Shown here piece after piece: positions 48,255 through 57,145 of a DNA stretch of 64,000 bases (the stretch's first letter is position 1; each line of letters opens with the position of its first letter). Made by a program: the position numbers and the translations under genes. Source of the stretch: Candidatus Woesearchaeota archaeon (lineage in GTDB: Archaea > Nanobdellota > Nanobdellia > Woesearchaeales > BS150m-G63). The notes under the pieces are model-generated. The model worked only from the letters and a program-made list of their open reading frames with translations, did not search any database and was not told the origin of the DNA. The stretch spans positions 25,061 through 89,060 of the forward strand of contig JADHVD010000001.1 of assembly GCA_016784165.1 (NCBI GenBank), written 5' to 3'.

Positions 48255-48895
48255 TTTTGGATTTTGGTATTTTCCTCCTTTGGTTCAGTTGGGAGTTTTT
48301 CATCTTCTTTTTTAACTTCCTCTGTTGGTTTTTTTATTTTTTCTTCTATTTCTTTTGATTTTTTATCTTGAATTTCTTTTTTAATTTCTTTTTTAACTTC
48401 CTTCTTAATTTCTTCTGGTTTCTGTTTGGTTTCTTTTTGTTTTTCTTTTTTATTCTCTTTAGGTTCTTGAATTATTTCATCACTTTTAACAATTATTTCT
48501 AAATGCGTTCTTTTACTTTTCCTTCTTCTTTTCCTTCCATGCCTCCATGGGGTGCTTGCTTTATTGGCACATAATTTAGTTATTTTTAAATCTGAAATGC
48601 TCAATCCTTTTGTTTGGGCATTTGCTTCAACATCATTTAACAAAGTTAGTATTGCTTTACTTGCATTGAAAGGATATCTTCCTGCAGCAATCTTTCCTGG
48701 CTTATGTCCTATGTCGTTGTTGAATCTTTTAAAGGGGATAGCTTCTTTTTGGGTAAGGACTCTTTGAAGCACTGCCTTTGCTTTTTCCAGACTTTTTTTC
48801 CTGATATGGTTACAAATCTCTATACTGTGCTTTGTAGATATATGTAAATCTAATGCAGACGCTTTTGCAGTATTTTCTGATTTGGTTTTTTCCAT
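48251..48895 (-). CDS. rpl22: 50S ribosomal protein uL22 with charged C-terminal tail
   Basis: IS.KH..EIC..IR, GRYP..A, NA..KGL, TH.EI. Confidence 0.95.
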   Translation of the reverse strand: MEKTKSENTAKASALDLHISTKHSIEICNHIRKKSLEKAKAVLQRVLTQKEAIPFKRFNNDIGHKPGKIAAGRYPFNASKAILTLLNDVEANAQTKGLSISDLKITKLCANKASTPWRHGRKRRRKSKRTHLEIIVKSDEIIQEPKENKKEKQKETKQKPEEIKKEVKKEIKKEIQDKKSKEIEEKIKKPTEEVKKEDEKLPTEPKEENTKIQK

Positions 48896-48953
48896 TTTTT
48901 GTCTGGTTTGTTTTATTGTTTGTTTTAATTTATTTCATATTAATCTTTATTGC

Positions 48954-49337
48954 TTATTTAACTGATATATTTGAACTTGATCTTGTTGCGCCAACACCTG
49001 GAGAGTTATGCCCTACTCTTTTTCTTGTTAAGGAAAATTCCCCTAATAAGTGTCCAATCATTTCTGCTTCTATATTTAATAAAACAAAATCTTTTCCATT
49101 GTGTATTTTAATTATTTTTCCAACCATTTCAGGAAGAATAACTAAATCTCTACAATGTGTTTCAATGTTTGATTTATTTGCCCTTATCTTTTTTAATAGT
49201 AATTTTTGTTCTGGAGAAAACCCTCTCTTGATGGTTCTTCTTTGTTTTGATGGAAATAATTCTGCTAATTCAGTCATGCCCATTTTTTGGAGTTCTTCTA
49301 ATTTTTTCCCTCTATAAGTGTATTCTTTTTTCATCAT
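48954..49337 (-). CDS. rps19: 30S ribosomal protein uS19
   Basis: YRGK, THCRD..ILPEMVG, MIGH.LGEF. Confidence 0.96.
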   Translation of the reverse strand: MMKKEYTYRGKKLEELQKMGMTELAELFPSKQRRTIKRGFSPEQKLLLKKIRANKSNIETHCRDLVILPEMVGKIIKIHNGKDFVLLNIEAEMIGHLLGEFSLTRKRVGHNSPGVGATRSSSNISVK

Positions 49338-49342
49338 TTTAG

Positions 49343-50059
49343 TTACCTTTTACCCTTTTTCCTTCCAGTTCTTCTTGCCCTTAACATTCCAACTTTTCTT
49401 CCTGGAGGAGCTCCTCTAGGAGTTACAGTAGGTTTACCTTTGTGAGAACTTGTTGTTCCACCAAATGGATGGTCAACAGCATTCATAGATGTTGCCCCAC
49501 TTCTAGGATACAATTTATTTCTCGCCCTTTTCATTTTCATCCTAATACCTGCTTTAAGTATTGGTTTATCGGATATTCCGCTACCAGCAACAGTTCCGAT
49601 ACTTGCTTTACATTCTTCAAAAAATTCTTTTTGTTTTTTTGAAGGAAATTGAATAACTACTTTATTTTTTAATTTTGCTACAACTTTTGCAAATGCACCA
49701 GCAGATCTACAAAATTTCCCATTATCTCCTGGTTTTGACTCTATATTGAATATTTTAGTCCCTTCTGGGATGTATTTTAATTGTAATATGTTTCCTGCTT
49801 TTATTGCTGCATCTGGACTATATTGTAACTCTTCCCCTACTTTAATTCCTTCAGCAGCTATTAATAAAACCGATTTTTCTGTTGGGCTTGTTACCTTTGC
49901 TAATGGTGCGCTATGTGCTGGACAATGAATAAAATCAATTATTTTTATTTTGGTATCTTCTTTTTTGGGATAAGTAGAACTTCCTTTATAACGATGACTA
50001 GGCGCTCTATAAGTCATACTTCCTTTTCCTCTTGCTTGTTGTATTAGTCTTTTTCCCAT
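49343..50059 (-). CDS. rpl2: 50S ribosomal protein uL2
   Basis: MGKR..QQ.RG.G, MNAVDHPFGG, PPGRKVG. Confidence 0.96.
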   Translation of the reverse strand: MGKRLIQQARGKGSMTYRAPSHRYKGSSTYPKKEDTKIKIIDFIHCPAHSAPLAKVTSPTEKSVLLIAAEGIKVGEELQYSPDAAIKAGNILQLKYIPEGTKIFNIESKPGDNGKFCRSAGAFAKVVAKLKNKVVIQFPSKKQKEFFEECKASIGTVAGSGISDKPILKAGIRMKMKRARNKLYPRSGATSMNAVDHPFGGTTSSHKGKPTVTPRGAPPGRKVGMLRARRTGRKKGKR

Positions 50060-50093
50060 CTTGTTATTTTTATTTATTTATTTTTTATTTTGA

Positions 50094-50357
50094 TTAACCC
50101 ATTAATCCAAGGTTTGTTGCAATATCAATTGCCGGTGTTTCGTTTGAAAATTTAATATAAGCTCTTTTTTTTCCATCTGGACCTATGAATGTATTTACTT
50201 TTTCTACTTTTGCTTTGAATATTTTTTCAATTGCTAATTTTATTTCTGGTTTTTTAGCTGAATTATCTACCATAAATATAAGTTTATTTTCTGACTCCAT
50301 CAACCTTATTGATTTTTCAGTTGATAAAGGGTGTTTGATTATTTTGTATGCGTCCAT
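50094..50357 (-). CDS. rpl23: 50S ribosomal protein uL23
   Basis: P..TEK....ME.EN.L.F.V, KVNT, K.AY.K. Confidence 0.95.
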   Translation of the reverse strand: MDAYKIIKHPLSTEKSIRLMESENKLIFMVDNSAKKPEIKLAIEKIFKAKVEKVNTFIGPDGKKRAYIKFSNETPAIDIATNLGLMG

Positions 50358-50358
50358 T

Positions 50359-51309
50359 TTATTTTGTTATTTTTTTAACTTCTTTTTTTATTTTTGATGT
50401 TTGTTTTTTTAATTCTGTTTTTTCTTTTGGTTTTTGAGTGGTTTTTTTAATAGTTTCTTTAATAGTCTCTTTAGGAATAGTTTTGACTTCTTTTTTTTCT
50501 TGTTTTTTCTTGATGGTGCCTAAAAATAATTGTTCTTGTTTTAATTTTTCAATAGCCCCTTCTGTAAAAAGTGCGACTCTTCCTGGTTGTGCGCCAGGAG
50601 CAAGAAGTTCTGCATTTAGATTTTCTATTTCCACTACATCTATATTTAGATTTTTAGCTGAATTTGATATTTTACATCTAGTTGAAGTAATAATTAAAGG
50701 TCCTTTTTTCTTGATATATTTTCTTCCTCTTGCCTTTCCTTTTCCAGCTCTTATTTTTCTATCTGTTTCTAATTGAATTTTTAATTTTGTTAAAGCTGTT
50801 TCAACATCTTTTGTTTTTTCAAGAGTTTCAAATTCTTGGCTTAATATAAATGGATAATCTTCTGGAACAATATAATTTTTTTCTTCCAAATATTTTTTAT
50901 CAAATGTTGCAGCCATTGCTGAACAAATCGCTTTTCTTCTTTCTTTTTTATTGATTTTTTGTGATAGGTTTTTTTCTGCTTTTGGTGGATGAGCCCTTCT
51001 TCCTCCAACTGTTTGAGGTGCGAATGCGCCTACATAATTTAATCTAGTACCTCTTCTCGACATTACTTTTCTTGGAGTTCTTGATTGGCCAATTCCATAA
51101 GTACTTCTGTAACTATTACGTCTTTTAGATAAATAAGCTGAAGCTCGTTTCCCTGCTTCAGGAGATGCACCATAATTTTGTCTTTTATTATTTTGAATTG
51201 TTAATACTGCTTTTTTAATTATATCTGCCCTTATTGGCTCATTAAACTGTTTAGGTAATTCTATGTCTTTTTGTACAATTCCCTTTGTGTTTTTTATTTT
51301 TAATTTCAT
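50359..51309 (-). CDS. rpl4: 50S ribosomal protein uL4
   Basis: GGRRAHPPK, RAGKGK.RGR, LAPG..PGR. Confidence 0.95.
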   Translation of the reverse strand: MKLKIKNTKGIVQKDIELPKQFNEPIRADIIKKAVLTIQNNKRQNYGASPEAGKRASAYLSKRRNSYRSTYGIGQSRTPRKVMSRRGTRLNYVGAFAPQTVGGRRAHPPKAEKNLSQKINKKERRKAICSAMAATFDKKYLEEKNYIVPEDYPFILSQEFETLEKTKDVETALTKLKIQLETDRKIRAGKGKARGRKYIKKKGPLIITSTRCKISNSAKNLNIDVVEIENLNAELLAPGAQPGRVALFTEGAIEKLKQEQLFLGTIKKKQEKKEVKTIPKETIKETIKKTTQKPKEKTELKKQTSKIKKEVKKITK

Positions 51310-52274
51310 TTTGTACTAATATATTCAATAATTGGTTTTTCTGGAGATATTTTCTTTTGGGATCTTATTGGTTGAGTTAACACAATTAATCTTTTTTTAG
51401 GTCCTGGAATGGAACCCTTTATTAATATAAATGTATTTTTAACTTTTCCGTAATGAGCAATTCCGCCTTTAGGATTAACTTCGTCCGGGTTTGTTGATAT
51501 TTTAATTAATTTTTTATTATAATCAGTTCTTGTAAAATAGCCAGTTTGACCAGCATGAGCGATTCTCCACATTATATGTGTTTGTCCTTTCCAAGGTCCT
51601 AAGGATCCAGGATTTCTTCTAGCTTTTTCTGCTTTGTGGCTTGTTAATCCAATTCCAAATCTTTTTACTGGTCCTTGAAATCCTCTTCCAGTGGTTATTG
51701 CATGAATATCTACTAATTGAGTTTCTTCAAATATTTGATCTATTGTGATCTCTTTTCCAGTATTTTCTTTAATGAAATTTAATTGGTCTTCTTTAGTTCC
51801 GCCCAATACAATTTCCATGATGTCTGGTTTTTTCTTCCCAATATCAGTATATTTTGGTTGAGTATAAACTAAGATTCTAATTTCATCGTACTCTTCTGGA
51901 GAAATTTGTTTAGTGATTATTTTTTTTGGAAGATCTAATCTTCTTTTTAATTCTTTATCGAGATTTTCAACAAGATGTTCAGAAATGAGTTTTGAACCAA
52001 AAATGGTGTTTTTGTAGAAATGAGAAGCGGCAATTTTAATTGGCGGACATTCAATGATTGTGACAGGAATAGAAATTGATTCGTCTTTAGTCATTGAAGT
52101 TGGATGGTTATCCTTTACAATGATGTGAGTCATGCCTGCCTTGTAGCCAATAAATGCCAAAGGTTTTGGATCATTACTTTTAGCCCAAGATCTTATTCGT
52201 GGTTTATGACTTTTAGCCTTTCGTCTAGGCCAAAACTGTAAACTTCCGCTTCTTGGTTTGTGTGTGCTAGGCAT
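51306..52274 (-). CDS. rpl3: 50S ribosomal protein uL3
   Basis: PR.GSL.F.PRR, GYKAGMTH, G.GFQGPVKRFG, GS.PGP.KR. Confidence 0.96.
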   Translation of the reverse strand: MPSTHKPRSGSLQFWPRRKAKSHKPRIRSWAKSNDPKPLAFIGYKAGMTHIIVKDNHPTSMTKDESISIPVTIIECPPIKIAASHFYKNTIFGSKLISEHLVENLDKELKRRLDLPKKIITKQISPEEYDEIRILVYTQPKYTDIGKKKPDIMEIVLGGTKEDQLNFIKENTGKEITIDQIFEETQLVDIHAITTGRGFQGPVKRFGIGLTSHKAEKARRNPGSLGPWKGQTHIMWRIAHAGQTGYFTRTDYNKKLIKISTNPDEVNPKGGIAHYGKVKNTFILIKGSIPGPKKRLIVLTQPIRSQKKISPEKPIIEYISTK

Positions 52275-52483
52275 CTTGAATATCCATTAATATTTGTCTG
52301 TGTTAAAGACATTATTATCTCTTCTTTTTTGGATTTTTAATGACCTTTTAGTAAAGCTTTTTTTATCAAGAAGTATCTTGGTACTGAAAAAGCTTTTTTT
52401 CAGGCCTTGTTTACACATTATATTTAAACAAAATAAATTTAAATATACTCGACGAGTTGTCGTTTTCTATAGAAAACTTGGGC

Positions 52484-52495
52484 GCTTTATAAAGC
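52484..52495 (-). promoter_or_regulatory. Candidate TATA box of the ribosomal superoperon
   Basis: GCTTTATAAAGC, about 210 nt upstream of the rpl3 start. Confidence 0.4.
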
Positions 52496-52562
52496 TTATG
52501 CTTTTTTACTTTATTTTATCATTATAGGAAGTGTTAAATTAAGTCTTAAGACAAGTAAAATT

Positions 52563-54755
52563 CTAAATTTTACTTATATGTCTGCATTTAGGGTAACCAG
52601 AACATCCATAGAATTCTCCATAAAATGATTTTCTTAGTATTAATTCTTTGCCGCATTTAGGGCATATTTTTTTCTCTTCTTTTTTATTTTTGTCCCCTTT
52701 TTTTGTTTCATTATTGCCGTTATTTTTAGAAGTGCAATCTGGATTTATGCAAAGTTCTTGGGGTCTTTTTCCTTTTCTTATTACATTGACCATAGGATAA
52801 TTACATTCTTTGCAGAGATTTTCTGAATTTTTAATTAAACTATTTGGAGGTAACTTGAATGTGGTTTTACAATCAGGATATTTGGTACATGCAATAAATT
52901 TTCCAAATTTACCTCTTTTAATTGTTAATTGCCCATCTTTACATGTCGGGCATTTTCCTATGTGGTTTGCTTTATCTTGAGTTTCCCTTGTAGCATCTAT
53001 TAATCCTTCTCCAATGCTTTTTTCATTTTCTTTGAATTGTTTTAATATTTTTGTCAGAATTGTTTTAACTTCTTCTAAGACTTTTTCTTTTTTCTTTTTA
53101 TCTAAACGAATGTGTCCCATTTCTTCTTCAAAATGGCGTGTTAATTTTTCATCGATTATTCCAGGAGAATATTTTTTTAAGGTATCTACTGTTGCAAGCC
53201 CTAAAGAAGTTGCTTCTATTGATTTTCCTTTTAAGTAATTTCTTTGAAATAATTTATCCACTATATCTGCCCTTGTTGATTTAGTTCCAATATTCTTTTT
53301 TTCTAATTCTTTTATGATTGAAGAAGGAGTATATCTTTTGGGTGGTTGAGTCTCTTTTTTATGAAGTTTTATTTGTTTTACAGGTACAGATTCTCCTTGT
53401 TTTATTAATGGGAGCTCTTCTTCTTTTAATGAGAGATATGGTTGATAAAAATTGTGCCACCCTGGTTCTGTAGTGATGATCCCCTTTGCAACGAATATTT
53501 CTTTATTGCAATTTATTTTTGCAGTTGTCGATTCTCTTTTAGCTATTGGGGCAAAAGTAGATAAAAATCTTTTTACAATTAAATCATACAATTTTTTAGT
53601 GTGGCCATCTTCTAATCCTTTAGGGATTATTCCTGTTGGGTAAATAGATGGGTGGGCAGGATCTGATTTTTTACCTTCATTTGGTTTGAGAGTTCCTTTG
53701 AGTAGATCATTACATAATTTATTGTAATCTTTTTGTTTCGAGAGTTCTTTAATTATCTTGTCATACCCAATTCCTTTTGGTAGTTTTTGAGAAGAGGTTC
53801 TTGGATAAGAAATATATGAATTTGTATATAATTCTTGGGCTATTTGTAATGTTCTTTTTGGTGGAATTCTTAAACAACGATAAGATTCTGTTTGAAGTGT
53901 GGTTAAGTCAAAAGGAAATGGGGGGAGTTGGTTTTTTTCTTTTTTTTCTACTGATTCTATGATTGCATTTTGACCTTTTGTGTTTTTCATTACTTTATCT
54001 GCATTTTCTTTTTCCCAGAATTTGTCTTCAATATGCCAAGCAATTAAGTTTCCTTGTTTCACATTTCCATTTAATTCTATTTGCCAAAAGGGGGTAGGAA
54101 TAAATGTTTTTATTTCTTTATCTCTATCTGTTATAATTTTTAATGAAGGTCCTTGTACTCTACCTATACTTAGAATTTTGAAAGCTCCTGTTGATTTGAT
54201 TGAAGCTGTTAGTGCTCTACTAAGATTTATACCGTACATCCAATCTAAAAAATGTCTTGTTTCTCCGGCATTAGCTTGCCCCCAATCTATGTGGGGTGAT
54301 TTGTTCTCATAAGCTTCTATTAAATCAGGTTTAGTTAATGTAGAAAATTTCATCCTATTTGCATCTTCTTTTTGAAGTGCAAATCTCACTATATTTAGGC
54401 CAATAACTTCTCCTTCTATATCATAATCACAAGCTATGGTGAATTCTGAAGCGTCTTTTGCTAATTTTTTTATATTAAGAAGGTAGTCTTTTGAGTATTT
54501 TTGTGCTTTATTCATAGAAGCAGTGTCTACCCAATGCATATTGAATACAGGATACTTCCAACCGTTTTTTTCTTTTTCATCTACAGAGTAAAGATGTCCT
54601 ACTGCAGAAGCAACTATGATTTCTTTTTTATTATGAGTTATTTTATAGTAAGGTACTTTTTTTTTGTATGTTTCTTTTTTGGGAGTTTTGTCTGCTAATG
54701 CTGTTGCAATCTTGAATGCTGCGCTTGGTTTTTCACAAATTATTAATTCATACAT
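52563..54755 (-). CDS. topA: DNA topoisomerase IA with C-terminal Zn ribbons
   Basis: ICEKP, GHL, CDYDIEGE, GRVQ, ISYPRT, AH..I.PT, GT.STR. Confidence 0.96.
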   Translation of the reverse strand: MYELIICEKPSAAFKIATALADKTPKKETYKKKVPYYKITHNKKEIIVASAVGHLYSVDEKEKNGWKYPVFNMHWVDTASMNKAQKYSKDYLLNIKKLAKDASEFTIACDYDIEGEVIGLNIVRFALQKEDANRMKFSTLTKPDLIEAYENKSPHIDWGQANAGETRHFLDWMYGINLSRALTASIKSTGAFKILSIGRVQGPSLKIITDRDKEIKTFIPTPFWQIELNGNVKQGNLIAWHIEDKFWEKENADKVMKNTKGQNAIIESVEKKEKNQLPPFPFDLTTLQTESYRCLRIPPKRTLQIAQELYTNSYISYPRTSSQKLPKGIGYDKIIKELSKQKDYNKLCNDLLKGTLKPNEGKKSDPAHPSIYPTGIIPKGLEDGHTKKLYDLIVKRFLSTFAPIAKRESTTAKINCNKEIFVAKGIITTEPGWHNFYQPYLSLKEEELPLIKQGESVPVKQIKLHKKETQPPKRYTPSSIIKELEKKNIGTKSTRADIVDKLFQRNYLKGKSIEATSLGLATVDTLKKYSPGIIDEKLTRHFEEEMGHIRLDKKKKEKVLEEVKTILTKILKQFKENEKSIGEGLIDATRETQDKANHIGKCPTCKDGQLTIKRGKFGKFIACTKYPDCKTTFKLPPNSLIKNSENLCKECNYPMVNVIRKGKRPQELCINPDCTSKNNGNNETKKGDKNKKEEKKICPKCGKELILRKSFYGEFYGCSGYPKCRHISKI

Positions 54756-54802
54756 TTTTGAAAAAGGATAGAGAAATCAAAAAAGACACTTATATAATAA
54801 TG

Positions 54803-56140
54803 TTACGATTCTTTGTTTTTCTTAGGTTTTGCTTGTTTTTCTTTTTGTTTTTTAGGTTTTTTATTGAGGTAAATTGTTTTTCTTATAGTATAACTTACAG
54901 GATTTTTTATTTTGTTACATAAGCTATCTGGGTTACAAATGCCTATATCTTTATAGTATTGGTTGTTTGAACAGTTTGGTGGGAGAATTTTCTTTTTTTG
55001 GGTTTTATGATACCTTAATTGGCCTACTAAATAGACTTCTCTCATTTCTTCTGGGTTGTTTTTGTTCCATTTTTTTAGGAGTTCTTCTATGTCATCATGA
55101 GACCAACCTACACTGTTTAGGAAATTTATTATTAGAAATAAGAATCTTTTTCTTCCGTCTTCCAATCCTTTTAGTCCTAATTGAATGCATGGTGGGAAGA
55201 ATTGTTCTGGCATTTTTGTTTTAATTTCAAAATGTTCTTTGTTTTTTTTCTTCAATGATGGATGTTCCTCTTTTTTCACTTCAAAATCAAAAGATTGAAC
55301 TATAAGTTTTTTTGCTTCGTCTTCTTTTGCGTTTGAATCATCAAGAAATCTGAATTTTGAGATTGTTACATTTTGAGGTTTTGCATGTTCTAATTCAAAA
55401 TCGAGAACTTTATCTGGGTCTAAAGGAATACTAACTAGATTGCTTTTTTCATTAAATGAATAAGGCATTCTGATTAAATGTCTACTAGAAATTAGAATCG
55501 TATCTACTTCTAAAATCGTGAATGGATCAAATTTACTATTTTTTACTATTTCTTTGAAGGGTTTTCCTGTTTTTTTTGTTATTTCTGTTATGCTATTTAT
55601 CTTTAGAATTTCTTTTGCTAATGGTTTTTTAATCATTTCTTTAAGATATTCTGCTATTTTTCTTGGCCCTTCTGGGAATAAGTATTTTGTTTCTTGTTGA
55701 TGAATTTTTTTTGGAAATGCCTTGAAGGGAATGGCTATATGAAATCCAGAACCTCCTGAGAATTTGCAAGAAAGGGAATTTATTCCCTGATATTTTAGTG
55801 CTTTGATTAATAGGTTGGCTGTTATCCTGCTATATTCTATGAATTTACAGTCAATATCTAGAATAAGGTCCCAACCGATTCTTAATTCATCTAATTCTTT
55901 CTTTTTTAGTGCGGGACTTAGTCGCGCAGGATTTGACCAAAGCTCTTCTGACATGTGAAAAGAAGTTGCTCCATGTTTTGTTAATTCTAATACATCTTGA
56001 GGATAACTTAAGGTGTCTGGTCGTGCACCAAATCCTTCACCAAATCTTGTGGCTATTTCTCTATTTTTAGAATAATGAACCAATTCTTTTTGGATTTCAG
56101 GCCTTTTGTAATGAAGTAGTGCTGCACTTAATGTTACCAT
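54803..56140 (-). CDS. Fused DNA primase small/large subunit (PriS-PriL)
   Basis: DLILDID and SGG.GFH (PriS), then FPPC and PPNC...C...C Fe-S motifs (PriL C-terminal domain). Confidence 0.9.
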   Translation of the reverse strand: MVTLSAALLHYKRPEIQKELVHYSKNREIATRFGEGFGARPDTLSYPQDVLELTKHGATSFHMSEELWSNPARLSPALKKKELDELRIGWDLILDIDCKFIEYSRITANLLIKALKYQGINSLSCKFSGGSGFHIAIPFKAFPKKIHQQETKYLFPEGPRKIAEYLKEMIKKPLAKEILKINSITEITKKTGKPFKEIVKNSKFDPFTILEVDTILISSRHLIRMPYSFNEKSNLVSIPLDPDKVLDFELEHAKPQNVTISKFRFLDDSNAKEDEAKKLIVQSFDFEVKKEEHPSLKKKNKEHFEIKTKMPEQFFPPCIQLGLKGLEDGRKRFLFLIINFLNSVGWSHDDIEELLKKWNKNNPEEMREVYLVGQLRYHKTQKKKILPPNCSNNQYYKDIGICNPDSLCNKIKNPVSYTIRKTIYLNKKPKKQKEKQAKPKKNKES

Positions 56141-56257
56141 TTTATTGATTGTAAGGTTAAGGGTTATATATCTTTTTTGTTAGTTGAGAGTATATATAAT
56201 ATAGTTAATTTTTATAATATAGTTAGTTTTTTATATTAGGGTGGTGTTTATTTTTTT

Positions 56258-57103
56258 ATGGGTGCTATAAATCAAATTAAAACAGTTGTATTATTGGGGT
56301 TGTTGACATCTTTATTATTATGGATTGGTAGTTTTTGGGGTAGGTCTGGATTGATTATTGGATTGGTGTTTGCATTAATTATGAATTTTGGTAGTTATTG
56401 GTTTTCTGATAAGATTGTGTTGAAGATGTATAAAGCTAAAGAAGTTAGTGAATCACGTGAGCCAAGATTATGGGGAATTGTTAAAGAGGTTTCTCATTTG
56501 GCTGGATTGCCTATGCCTAAAGTTTATGTTGTGCCTAGTGGCGCTATGAATGCTTTTGCAACAGGAAGAAATTATGATCATTCTGCTATTGCTTGTACTG
56601 AAGGAATTTTGAAAGAGTTAAATGAGTCAGAATTAAAAGGAGTTATTGCTCATGAGATGAGCCATATTAAAAATAGAGATATTTTAATTTCAACAATTGC
56701 TGCAACTATTGCTGGTGTGATAAGTTATATTGCTATGATGGCTAGATGGGGTGCTATGTTTGGTGGTTTTGGTAGAGATAGAGATGGGGGGAATATGATT
56801 CAATTGCTTGTTTTAGCTATTCTTACTCCAATTATAGCTATGATTTTGCAGTTGGCGATTTCCAGAAGCCGGGAGTTTTTAGCTGATGCGAGTGCTGCTA
56901 AGATATTACATAATCCACATGGGTTAATTAGTGCACTTGAGAAATTGAGTGCAGGAGTTAAAAGACATCCTCTTCGTTTAGGTAATCAAGCTACGTCCTC
57001 TTTATTTATTGTGAATCCTTTTAAGGCTAAAGGGTTGATGGGTTTATTTAGTACACACCCAAGAATGGAAGAAAGAATTTCTAAGTTGAAAGAAATGGGT
57101 TAA
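56258..57103 (+). CDS. htpX: HtpX membrane zinc protease
   Basis: NAFATG, AHEMSH, SR.REF.AD, FSTHP...ERI. Confidence 0.95.
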   Translation: MGAINQIKTVVLLGLLTSLLLWIGSFWGRSGLIIGLVFALIMNFGSYWFSDKIVLKMYKAKEVSESREPRLWGIVKEVSHLAGLPMPKVYVVPSGAMNAFATGRNYDHSAIACTEGILKELNESELKGVIAHEMSHIKNRDILISTIAATIAGVISYIAMMARWGAMFGGFGRDRDGGNMIQLLVLAILTPIIAMILQLAISRSREFLADASAAKILHNPHGLISALEKLSAGVKRHPLRLGNQATSSLFIVNPFKAKGLMGLFSTHPRMEERISKLKEMG

Positions 57104-57145
57104 ATTGGGTTGTTAAATCGATTATTTATATTTAATAAAGAATTT

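Noticed and set aside
52294-52527. 77-aa plus-strand ORF between rpl3 and topA
   Set aside because: TTG start, no SD, no recognisable motif; better explained as promoter or leader DNA.
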